A DNA stretch of 36,437 bases from Candidatus Magasanikbacteria bacterium CG_4_10_14_0_2_um_filter_41_10 (GCA_002792995.1 PFPJ01000064.1:1-36437), one strand, 5' to 3'; shown: positions 28,431 to 36,271, counted from the first letter of the stretch. The notes: generated by a model from the sequence alone, not told the origin. Numbers and translations are program-made.

Positions 28431-29468
28431 ATGGCTTCCTCTATTGCAACATATCTTGATAAGGCCATAGAACATGGTGCGTCTGATATTCATCTTGTTG
28501 GTGGAGAACTTCCTATGATTCGAGTCAATGGAACACTCCAAGCGTTATCAGAAAAAGAATTGACCCAAACAGTTATCACATCCTTAGTGGATGAACTCCT
28601 CAAGCCATTGCAAAAAAAACAGTTTGAAGAAACCAAAGACGTTGATATTAGTTATGCACACGGAGATGTCAGATTTCGTGTCAACGTGCATAGTCAGGAT
28701 GGAAAGGTGGGGATTGCTGCTCGACTGATTCCAAAAGAAATTCCGACACCTGAGATGCTTCGATTTGAGCCTACCCTTACCAGTGCTATGGGACTTTTGG
28801 ACGGACTTGTCCTTGTCGTTGGACCCACAGGGCATGGAAAATCAACAACGATTGCTTCCATGGTGGAAGAAATAAATAAAACAAGGAAAGCACATATTAT
28901 TACGATAGAAGATCCTATTGAGTTCGCATTTGAAGACAAGGAAAGTCTTATTGAACAGCGAGAAATTGGGGTAGACACTCCATCATTTGCGAGTGCCTTG
29001 AAACATGTGCTTCGGCAAGACCCAGATGTGATTGTTGTAGGAGAAATGCGCGACCCCGAGACAATTTCGACGGTACTGACTGCCGCAGAAACAGGCCATT
29101 TGGTTTTCTCTACGTTGCATACTTCTTCTGCCGCAGAAGCTATCGAGCGTATTGTGGATGTGTTTGAAGGAGCAAAACAAAAACAAGTATTGATCCAACT
29201 TGCTGCCGTCTTACGTATTGTTATATCACAACAGCTTATTCCTACGGTGGATGGCAAGCGCGTTGTTGCCCGAGAGATTCTTGTAAACACACCAGCCGTA
29301 TCAAACCTTATTCGTGAAAATAATATTGCACAAATTGCCAGTGTTCTTCAGACAAACGCAAAGGAAGGAATGTTGTCTATGCAACGAGCCGTGGAGGCAT
29401 TGGAAAAAGAAGGATTGATTGATAAAGAAACTGCGACCAAGCGAACAGACAAACAGCGAAAGATATAG
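28431..29468 (+). CDS. pilT: Type IV pilus retraction ATPase PilT
   Basis: Walker A GPTGHGKSTT, Walker B VIVVGEMRD, HLVFSTLHT, PilT-type AVSNLIRE motif (AIRNLIRE consensus). Confidence 0.9.
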   Translation: MASSIATYLDKAIEHGASDIHLVGGELPMIRVNGTLQALSEKELTQTVITSLVDELLKPLQKKQFEETKDVDISYAHGDVRFRVNVHSQDGKVGIAARLIPKEIPTPEMLRFEPTLTSAMGLLDGLVLVVGPTGHGKSTTIASMVEEINKTRKAHIITIEDPIEFAFEDKESLIEQREIGVDTPSFASALKHVLRQDPDVIVVGEMRDPETISTVLTAAETGHLVFSTLHTSSAAEAIERIVDVFEGAKQKQVLIQLAAVLRIVISQQLIPTVDGKRVVAREILVNTPAVSNLIRENNIAQIASVLQTNAKEGMLSMQRAVEALEKEGLIDKETATKRTDKQRKI

Positions 29469-29483
29469 CTTTTGGACACATGT

Positions 29484-31274
29484 ATGTCTCGAAAAAGAAT
29501 ACGAAGTAGAAATACCGCCGTTTTTTCGCATCACGCAGAAGAAATAGCAGAAACAGCGCGGCTCAATATTGCCGCGCTTTCTATCGTGGGATTCGTGCTT
29601 CTTATTTGTACGCGCCTTTTTTTTCTCATGGTATTACAACATGCGTTCTATACTGCGCTTGCAGCAGGATCTCATACATTGTATGAACAATTATTTCCTG
29701 ATAGAGGCAGTGTGTATGTTCAGGATTCTCGAACGGGTGAAGAATTTCCATTGGCTATCAATAAAGATGTGTTCACGATATTTGTGGATACCCGTAATAT
29801 AAAAAATGAAGAACAAGCAACCCACGTAGTTGATGCGTTCGCGTCTGTGTTTGCATATACTGATGAACAAAAAACAGATGTCTTTTCTCGAATTAATGGC
29901 AGAGACGACCCGTATGAGCCAATAGAAAAAGATGTAGAAGAAAAAATTGTTGATACGCTCAAAGAACAGGATCTCCCAGGTGTAGGATTTGTTCGTCATG
30001 CAGTACGATTTTATCCTGAAACAACGTTGGCAGCTCAGACTATTGGTTTTGTAGGAAAAACGGATGATGGTAGTGATATCGGAAGATATGGGATAGAAGG
30101 ATATTGGCAAGAAGATCTTGCAGGAAGTGGGGGGTTTCTAGAGGCAAGTAAAAGTTTGGGCGGTGGCGTGATACCTTTTGCAACAAAATCGTTTAAACCG
30201 GCAAAGGATGGTTCAGATATACTTCTAACTCTTGATAGAACAGTCCAGTATAAGGCCTGTGAGCGTATGAGAGCGGCGATGGAGGAGTATGGTGCTACAA
30301 GTGCCTCTCTTGTTATTTTGGATCCAAAAACAGGGGCTATTCGAGCGATGTGTTCCCTTCCTGATTTTGACCCAAACATGTACTCCAAAGTAGAAGATGT
30401 GAGGGCCTACAACAATACAACTATTTTTACTCCATACGAACCTGGATCTATTTTCAAACCAATGGCCATGGCAGCAGCGCTGAACGAAGAAGATGTAACG
30501 CCAGACACTTATTTTTATGATAGTGGATCAGTCGATGCCAATTGTACCAAACCTATTAAGAATGCGAATGATAAAGTGTATAAAGATTCAACCATGACCG
30601 GTGTCCTCGAAAATTCTATTAATACTGGTATGGTTTTTGTCGTCACAAAATTAGGCAAACATCCATTTATGTCTTACCTTGAATCATTCGGTTTTGGAGT
30701 AAAAAGTGGTGTCCGATTGGATAGTGAGATTAGTGGCACGATAGATTCGTTGTATGTCAATAAAAATGATACTATTGATTGTTATACGGCAACAGCATCT
30801 TTTGGACAGGGAATTACGGTCACCCCACTTCAAATGGTCAGTGCTTTGAGTGCCATTGCAAATAATGGTACCATGATGAAGCCGTATATTGTTCAAGAAG
30901 TGCGACATCCTGATGGTAAAATAGATAGGACTACGCCAACGATATCAAAAAAAGTTGTAAGTCAGAGAGCTGCATCACTTTTGTCTGCTATGTTGGTACG
31001 AGTGATTGATAGTGGGCAAGCAGGTGCAGCATCTGTACCTGGGTATTATATTGCAGGAAAGACAGGAACCGCACAAATTGCAGGCCCAGGTGGCTATAGT
31101 GATGAAACAAATCATTCCTTTATCGGATTTGGTCCTGTAGATGACCCGAAGTTTGTCATGATTGTAAAATTTGAAAAACCACAACGGGCGTATTCAGTGA
31201 GTACTGCCGCACCAGTATTCTCAGACATTGCATCATTTTTGATGGATTACTATCATATTCCTCCAGGAAAATAA
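29484..31274 (+). CDS. Class B penicillin-binding protein (PBP2/FtsI-type transpeptidase)
   Basis: N-terminal TM LSIVGFVLLICTRLFFLMVL; SxxK (GSIFKP), SxN (NSINTG), KTG (GKTGTA). ATG 29484 preferred over TTG 29472. Confidence 0.85.
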   Translation: MSRKRIRSRNTAVFSHHAEEIAETARLNIAALSIVGFVLLICTRLFFLMVLQHAFYTALAAGSHTLYEQLFPDRGSVYVQDSRTGEEFPLAINKDVFTIFVDTRNIKNEEQATHVVDAFASVFAYTDEQKTDVFSRINGRDDPYEPIEKDVEEKIVDTLKEQDLPGVGFVRHAVRFYPETTLAAQTIGFVGKTDDGSDIGRYGIEGYWQEDLAGSGGFLEASKSLGGGVIPFATKSFKPAKDGSDILLTLDRTVQYKACERMRAAMEEYGATSASLVILDPKTGAIRAMCSLPDFDPNMYSKVEDVRAYNNTTIFTPYEPGSIFKPMAMAAALNEEDVTPDTYFYDSGSVDANCTKPIKNANDKVYKDSTMTGVLENSINTGMVFVVTKLGKHPFMSYLESFGFGVKSGVRLDSEISGTIDSLYVNKNDTIDCYTATASFGQGITVTPLQMVSALSAIANNGTMMKPYIVQEVRHPDGKIDRTTPTISKKVVSQRAASLLSAMLVRVIDSGQAGAASVPGYYIAGKTGTAQIAGPGGYSDETNHSFIGFGPVDDPKFVMIVKFEKPQRAYSVSTAAPVFSDIASFLMDYYHIPPGK

Positions 31275-31300
31275 ACACGGCTATTATGCCGTGTTTATTT
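31273..31300 (+). terminator. Rho-independent terminator after the PBP gene
   Basis: AAACACGGC / GCCGTGTTT 9-bp stem, 6-nt loop, followed by ATTTTGTG. Overlaps the TAA stop. Confidence 0.6.
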
Positions 31301-31306
31301 TGTGTG

Positions 31307-31380
31307 TGTCAGAGGGCGGAATCGAACCGCCGACCTTAGGGTTATGAGTCCTACGCTCTAACCGACTGAGCTACTCTGAC
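31307..31380 (-). tRNA. tRNA with anticodon CAT (elongator Met, or Ile2 if lysidine-modified)
   Basis: Reverse complement GTCAGAGTAGCTCAGTCGGTTAGAGCGTAGGACTCATAACCCTAAGGTCGGCGGTTCGATTCCGCCCTCTGACA folds as a cloverleaf. G1-C72 is paired, so it is not an initiator. No encoded CCA. Confidence 0.85.
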
Positions 31381-31405
31381 ATACTTTTGTTTTACATATC
31401 CCTTG

Positions 31406-31477
31406 TAGCCCGTAGGGGAATCGAACCCCTGTTACTAGGATGAGAACCTAGCGTCCTAGCCACTAGACGAACGGGCC
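31406..31477 (-). tRNA. tRNA-Glu (anticodon CTC)
   Basis: Reverse complement GGCCCGTTCGTCTAGTGGCTAGGACGCTAGGTTCTCATCCTAGTAACAGGGGTTCGATTCCCCTACGGGCTA. Anticodon stem CTAGG/CCTAG, loop TTCTCAT, T-arm AGGGG TTCGATT CCCCT. No encoded CCA. Confidence 0.85.
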
Positions 31478-31504
31478 TTCCTTGTATTTCAATCAGTGAA
31501 CAAG

Positions 31505-31533
31505 AGTATAAGGAAAAAAGGTGTTTCCGTCAA
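31505..31533 (-). promoter_or_regulatory. Promoter for the tRNA-Glu/tRNA-CAU pair (TTGACG-17-TATACT)
   Basis: On the minus strand TTGACG (31533-31528), 17-nt spacer, TATACT (31510-31505), about 20 nt upstream of the tRNA-Glu 5' end. Confidence 0.55.
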
Positions 31534-31575
31534 TAGAAGACCCCGTCCATGGAGGAGAACGGGGTCTTCTATTGA
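31530..31575 (-). terminator. Strong hairpin 10 nt downstream of the HU stop (putative terminator)
   Basis: 17-bp perfect stem TCAATAGAAGACCCCGT / ACGGGGTCTTCTATTGA with a 12-nt loop. The T-run on the minus strand is displaced by ~12 nt, so it is not canonical. Confidence 0.5.
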
Positions 31576-31584
31576 GATGACATG

Positions 31585-31917
31585 TTACATGGCACTTTGG
31601 TTGATGCTATCACTTTTTGCCATATGGCCTTTCTTTTTCAAACAATCCTTGAGTGCTTTTCCGGCTTTAAATTTTGGTACCGTGACTGGGGGAATTTGAA
31701 TTTTTTGGGTTGGATCTTGTGGGTTGACACCTGTACGTCCTGCTCGTGTTTTTGCACTAAATGCTCCAAATCCTGCAATGGTAACTGATCCATCCTCTTG
31801 CAGTGTAGTCATCACTACCTGAACGAATGCTGCAAGCATATCTTCTGCTTCCTTTTTTGACACCCCGACCTTTTCTGCGATACGCTCTGCGAGCGCTGCT
31901 TTGTTTACTTTTGACAT
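31585..31917 (-). CDS. hup: HU/IHF-family DNA-binding protein
   Basis: MSKVNKAALAERIAEKVGVSKKEAEDML..GFGAFSAKTRAGRTGVNPQ..I.IP....PKFKAGKALKD. Start at ATG 31917, not 31938. Confidence 0.85.
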   Translation of the reverse strand: MSKVNKAALAERIAEKVGVSKKEAEDMLAAFVQVVMTTLQEDGSVTIAGFGAFSAKTRAGRTGVNPQDPTQKIQIPPVTVPKFKAGKALKDCLKKKGHMAKSDSINQSAM

Positions 31918-31945
31918 ATAGGTAGAATTATATTCCAATAGGCAT

Positions 31946-31974
31946 AGTATACAAACATTGATTATTTATGTCAA
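31946..31974 (-). promoter_or_regulatory. Promoter for HU (TTGACA-17-TATACT)
   Basis: Minus strand TTGACA (31974-31969), 17-nt spacer, TATACT (31951-31946), 28 nt before the ATG. Confidence 0.6.
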
Positions 31975-32012
31975 CAGAGCGGAAATGATGTTATTAATGT
32001 TTTTGATGTAGC

Positions 32013-32126
32013 TAAGGTTTTTAAGGTTCATTACTTTGCAGAAACATGAAATTAAATAAGCTTTCATATCACATGAAAGCTTTTTTAATAGAGACTTTAG
32101 AAACATCAACAACCTTAAAAACCTTA
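32013..32126. repeat. 16-nt perfect inverted repeat enclosing the rny-downstream hairpin
   Basis: TAAGGTTTTTAAGGTT (32013-32028) versus AACCTTAAAAACCTTA (32111-32126). Confidence 0.85.
32058..32087. terminator. Hairpin with flanking A- and T-tracts (bidirectional-type intrinsic terminator) downstream of rny
   Basis: AAGCTTTCAT / ATGAAAGCTT 10-bp stem, 5-nt loop, TTTT on the plus strand, ATTTAATTT on the minus strand. Confidence 0.5.
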
Positions 32127-32134
32127 CCACCTTA

Positions 32135-33670
32135 TTACCGTGCGTACTCTATCACACGTGTTTCACGAATCACATTGACCTTGATTTCTCCAGGATATTG
32201 CAATTCACTTTCAATTTTTCGTGCAATGTCTTTTGCCAGATTGTACGCAGCATAGTCATCTACTTCTTCTGGAGTAACAAAGACACGTACTTCACGGCCT
32301 GCTTGAATCGCATATACTTTTTCAATTCCAGGGAAGTTCATTGCTGTTTCTTCGAGTTCTTTGAGTCGTGAGACATATTGTTCATAGGTATCACGTCGTG
32401 CACCTATGCGAGATGCGGAGATTGCATCTGCGGCCATGACCAATTTTGTAAGCAAAAGTGGTGGGTTTGTATCATGATGCGTGAGACACACTTCAGCAAA
32501 GTCTGCATGCATATTAAACTTTTCTATAATTTGCTTTCCAATTTCGGTATGAGCGCCTTCTGTGTCATGATCAATTGCTTTCCCAATATCATGAAAGAAT
32601 CCAGCTTTTCTTGCATGTGCAGGATCCATACCTACTTCTTTTGCAATAAGTCCTGAAATATGTCCCACCTCGAGGGAGTGGTTCAAAACATTTTGTCCAT
32701 AACTTGTTCGATATTTTAAACGTCCCACGATCGATGCAAGTTTTGGATCAGATGCAATAATACCCATTTCTTGGAGTGCGGCTTCTCCAGATTTTTTCAG
32801 ATCAACAGCAAGATCACGTTTTGCTTCTTCTATATATTCTTCAATTTTTGCAGGTTGGATACGTCCATCTTTGATGAGTTTTTCGATAGCTAGTTGACAG
32901 ACGCGGCGTCGGATAGGGGAGAAGCTCGAGATCACAAGCATCTCAGGTGTTTCATCAATAATGATTTCACACCCCGTCATACGTTCAATCGTTTTGATAT
33001 TTCGTCCTTCTTTTCCAATGATACGTCCTTTCATTTCATCGCTTGGCAGACTGACGGCAGATCCTGTGGTTTCTGCAGAATGGTTTGAAGCTGTCCGTTG
33101 CATGCAACATACCATAATGTCTTGAGCTTTTGCTTCGAGTTCTTCTGCACCAACATTCTCCATTTTTCGTACACGATTCATGAGATCATCTTTGGATGAT
33201 TCTTCTACTTTTGTGAGAAGTTCTTCTTTTGCCTGGTCTTTTGTATATGTGGCAATAGAAGCGAGTTTGTCAACAACTTCTGCTTGTTTCATTTTAATGG
33301 TGTCTTCAATTTGTGTCACACCATCTATTTTTGTCTGGAGTTCAGTTTTTTTGTCTTCAAACTCAAGGAGTTTTTTGTCAAATGTTTCTTCACGATTCTC
33401 TAGACGTTGTTGCATTTTGCGCAGTTCTTGACGTCGTTCCTCTTCTTCTTTTTTGGCATCATCGATGACCTTGATAGCTTTTTCTTTGGCTTCAAGAATA
33501 ATGTGCTGTTCTTTGGTTTTCGCCTCGGCGAGTGTTTTTTCTGCGATTGCTTCCACATTTGTGGCTTTTCCTTTTGCAATCTTCATGCGCAGAATGTACC
33601 CAATACCGAGACCAACGAGTCCGCCAACGAGGGCAAGGACAATGCTCATGGTAGATAACATAAAAAACAT
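32135..33670 (-). CDS. rny: Ribonuclease Y
   Basis: N-terminal TM MSIVLALVGGLVGLGIGYIL, Lys/Glu-rich coiled coil, KH domain GRIIGKEGRNIKTIE, HD domain HSLEV..FFHDIGKA. Start may be ATG 33661 instead of 33670. Confidence 0.9.
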   Translation of the reverse strand: MFFMLSTMSIVLALVGGLVGLGIGYILRMKIAKGKATNVEAIAEKTLAEAKTKEQHIILEAKEKAIKVIDDAKKEEEERRQELRKMQQRLENREETFDKKLLEFEDKKTELQTKIDGVTQIEDTIKMKQAEVVDKLASIATYTKDQAKEELLTKVEESSKDDLMNRVRKMENVGAEELEAKAQDIMVCCMQRTASNHSAETTGSAVSLPSDEMKGRIIGKEGRNIKTIERMTGCEIIIDETPEMLVISSFSPIRRRVCQLAIEKLIKDGRIQPAKIEEYIEEAKRDLAVDLKKSGEAALQEMGIIASDPKLASIVGRLKYRTSYGQNVLNHSLEVGHISGLIAKEVGMDPAHARKAGFFHDIGKAIDHDTEGAHTEIGKQIIEKFNMHADFAEVCLTHHDTNPPLLLTKLVMAADAISASRIGARRDTYEQYVSRLKELEETAMNFPGIEKVYAIQAGREVRVFVTPEEVDDYAAYNLAKDIARKIESELQYPGEIKVNVIRETRVIEYAR

Positions 33671-33851
33671 GTGTCAGGCCATGTTTGAGAAGCGATTGTG
33701 GAGTATAGGAAAAAATCCAAGTAGATTAAATACTGGCTTGGAGAATTGTTTTGTCACTGATTTGTGGAGTGAGAAATTTCATTTTTTCGCTATATTCAGC
33801 CACAATTTTTCATCTCAGATGCATGGCAGTACTGAATAAATTTGTACAAAG

Positions 33852-33880
33852 ACTATACCATGGTTTTTTTTTATTGTCAA
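33852..33880 (-). promoter_or_regulatory. Promoter for rny (TTGACA-17-TATAGT with TGn extended -10)
   Basis: Minus strand TTGACA (33880-33875), spacer ATAAAAAAAAACCATGG, TATAGT (33857-33852). Lies just downstream of the truB stop. Confidence 0.6.
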
Positions 33881-33900
33881 TCGGTGTCTTCTTTCGTATG

Positions 33901-34662
33901 CTATTCATTTGTACTCTCAACAATGAGTTTTTGTAGATGATGTACTGTCACTTTTTCTACCTCTACTGCATCCTCCACCCGATACTTTCCAATCTTCGTT
34001 CGACGTAATTCCTCACAATATGCACCCGTCCCGAGGTTTTGTCCGATATCGTGGGCGAGAGTGCGGATATAGGTGCCAGAGGAGCATGTGACTCGGATTT
34101 CAATTGCCTTGAGATCTCTCGACTCACTTCGGTCGCTCGAGATGACGTTGAGAAGTTCTATCTCATAAATTTCAATCTCACTCGGCTCCCGCTCTATTTC
34201 AATACCTTTCCGAGCCAGAGTATACAGTTTTTTTCCGTATATTTTCTTCGCACTATACATGGGAGGAAGTTGAGATTGTTTCCCAATAAAACTTGCGAGA
34301 GTGGCTTTTACATCTTTTTCTGATATTTGATTATTGAGTATTGTTCTTTGTTCACTGAGTACCCCTGTTTTATCATAGGTATCTGATGTCGCACCAAGTC
34401 GTATCGTTGCGATATATTCTTTTGTCATACCTTTGAAAGTATCTAGTTGTGTTGTGGCTTTTTTCCCGACACCAACAATAAGAAGGCCTGTGGCAAATGG
34501 ATCCAGAGTCCCAGCATGTCCTACCTTTGGACGTTTTTTCTGTATAAGTTTGTTTCTTCTGACAAAACCACGAATATACGCAACCACGTCATGGCTGGTC
34601 CAGTCGGTTGGCTTGTCGATTAATAAAAAGCCGGATATATTGCTCTGTATTATTTCTTCCAT
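33901..34662 (-). CDS. truB: tRNA pseudouridine-55 synthase TruB
   Basis: GFLLIDKPTDWTSHDVV, VGHAGTLDPFATGLL (catalytic Asp), SSGTYIRTLAHDIG. Start at ATG 34662; the rest of the 468-aa ORF is antisense to the next gene. Confidence 0.85.
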   Translation of the reverse strand: MEEIIQSNISGFLLIDKPTDWTSHDVVAYIRGFVRRNKLIQKKRPKVGHAGTLDPFATGLLIVGVGKKATTQLDTFKGMTKEYIATIRLGATSDTYDKTGVLSEQRTILNNQISEKDVKATLASFIGKQSQLPPMYSAKKIYGKKLYTLARKGIEIEREPSEIEIYEIELLNVISSDRSESRDLKAIEIRVTCSSGTYIRTLAHDIGQNLGTGAYCEELRRTKIGKYRVEDAVEVEKVTVHHLQKLIVESTNE

Positions 34663-34670
34663 ACGATATA

Positions 34671-34699
34671 TTACAAGTTCTCTGTACACATGGTACAAT
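34671..34699 (+). promoter_or_regulatory. Extended -10 promoter for the methyltransferase gene (TTACAA-17-TGgTACAAT)
   Basis: TTACAA 34671-34676, TG 34691-34692, TACAAT 34694-34699. Only 8 nt separate the -10 from ATG 34708. Confidence 0.4.
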
Positions 34700-34707
34700 A
34701 GTGACAT

Positions 34708-35637
34708 ATGGAAGACAACCATACAGACAATAAAAGTTGGGGAGTCAAAACTAACGATGGAACAGAAATTTGGGATGCGCCACCGGTCTTTGTTGGTGAA
34801 TCTATTACCTGGAAGGACAGGGCAAAACTTTTGTTTTATCCAAAAAAATTTGTTCTCTACCGAGCCATCGCAAAAGATATCAAGAAAAAAAATGTGGGTG
34901 ATCTCCGAGATCCATATAGAATTCTTGATGTTGGCTGTGGCACTGGGGCTTCTGTGATAGATATGAAAAAATTGTTTGGTCGACATGTTGATGTCGTGGG
35001 TGCAGATGTCATGCGTCTCCAAAATGATCTGGCTCGGGAAAATCTCAAAAAATATGGTGTGCATGCAGAGATTGTTGATTACGAAACAACGCTTCCTTTT
35101 GAGGAAAGCATGTTTGATGCTGTGTATTCGTCCGATGTGCTTGGTCATGTGCCGGATGTCGCTGCGTGGCTCGGGGAATTGAACAGGGTATTGATGCCAG
35201 GAGGACTCCTTGGCATGTTTTCTGAATCGAAGCTTGGCAAGCATGCGTGGCTTCGGAAATATTTGATGAAAAGGGAATTGAACACTGATCCACATGCGGA
35301 GTTTCATATTTCACTCTATAGCAAGGATGAATTGATGAAAAAAATTTCTCATGCTGGATTTGATATTCATACCATGCTGAGTACAGTTTGGTTGAAGTTT
35401 CTTGTTCATCCAGATGAGCTCTATCCTGCTTTTCAATCTACAAAAAGATTTTTTGTTCTTCGCACTCTCAATAAGTGCCTCTATGTTTTGAAGAAAAAAT
35501 TACATCCAGCATCGACTGCTGCGGCAGAGTTGTATTCACTCGTAGAATTGGTGACGCTGGGGAGATGGGTAGAATCACAGGGATATGTCATCGTTGCCAG
35601 GAAGGATACAACGCAATCAGAATTTGCCGAAGAGTAA
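34708..35637 (+). CDS. Class I SAM-dependent methyltransferase
   Basis: ILDVGCGTGAS motif I, FDAVYSSDVLGHV, LMPGGLL post-motifs (Methyltransf_11-like). Confidence 0.75.
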   Translation: MEDNHTDNKSWGVKTNDGTEIWDAPPVFVGESITWKDRAKLLFYPKKFVLYRAIAKDIKKKNVGDLRDPYRILDVGCGTGASVIDMKKLFGRHVDVVGADVMRLQNDLARENLKKYGVHAEIVDYETTLPFEESMFDAVYSSDVLGHVPDVAAWLGELNRVLMPGGLLGMFSESKLGKHAWLRKYLMKRELNTDPHAEFHISLYSKDELMKKISHAGFDIHTMLSTVWLKFLVHPDELYPAFQSTKRFFVLRTLNKCLYVLKKKLHPASTAAAELYSLVELVTLGRWVESQGYVIVARKDTTQSEFAEE

Positions 35638-35740
35638 ATGTGGAGTGTTTCCTCTTGCCAAAATCACATTTATTCTATACCCTTACGTCTAGAATAGATC
35701 CTCATACTCTATTTCTCTAATTTCCTAATAATCATAATAT

Positions 35741-36271
35741 ATGAACCTTTGGCATGATGTTCCACTGGGAGAAAATATCCCTGCAGAAATGAATGTTATT
35801 ATCGAGATTCCACGAGGGTCACTCAATAAATACGAGATTGATAAAGAAACGGGTTTGATCGCACTCGACCGTGTATCACATACTGCACAGCCATTTCCCT
35901 TTGATTATGGTTTTGCACCACAAACATTGTGGGATGATGGAGACGCACTTGATGTGATCGTTCTTACCACAGAACCGTTGCATCCTGGTATTCTTGTGCG
36001 TGTTCGACCTGTGGGTCTTATGAAGATGATTGATAGTGGTGAGAGTGATGACAAAATTATTGCAGTCCCTGTCGACGATCCACGATGGGAAGAAGTGCAA
36101 ACAATTGATGATGTGAATAAGCATACATTGAAAACCATGAAGCATTTCTATGAAAATTATAAGAAGTTGCAGAATAAAGAAGTCGTGATTCCTGGATTTG
36201 AAGGATTGGAACAGGCGGGGGCAGCGGTCTCACGATCAAGCGAGATGTATAAAGAAAAGTACGCAAAATAA
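35741..36271 (+). CDS. ppa: Family I inorganic pyrophosphatase
   Basis: NVIIEIPRGSLNKYEIDKETG, DGDALDVIVL, SDDKIIAV; 176 aa. Confidence 0.9.
   Translation: MNLWHDVPLGENIPAEMNVIIEIPRGSLNKYEIDKETGLIALDRVSHTAQPFPFDYGFAPQTLWDDGDALDVIVLTTEPLHPGILVRVRPVGLMKMIDSGESDDKIIAVPVDDPRWEEVQTIDDVNKHTLKTMKHFYENYKKLQNKEVVIPGFEGLEQAGAAVSRSSEMYKEKYAK

Noticed and set aside
28694-29290. 198-aa minus-strand ORF
   Set aside because: It is antisense to pilT, whose Walker A/B and AIRNLIRE-type motifs fix the coding strand.
31496-31699. 67-aa plus-strand ORF
   Set aside because: It spans the tRNA promoter, the HU terminator hairpin and the antisense of the HU 3' end. It has no motifs.
34095-34145. Short palindromic stretch (TCTCGAC..GTCGCTCGAGA) inside truB, coding the SSDRSESRDLK segment, considered as an in-frame REP/MITE-like insertion
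   Set aside because: The stem is only 6-7 bp and ambiguous, no flanking duplication is present, and variable loops at this TruB position are common.
34663-35307. The 215-codon N-terminal extension of the 468-aa minus-strand ORF that contains truB
   Set aside because: TruB homology begins at MEEIIQSNISGFLLIDKP (ATG 34662). The extension is antisense to a well-supported SAM methyltransferase gene (ILDVGCGTGAS motif) and has no recognisable motifs, so it is an open antisense frame rather than a gene.
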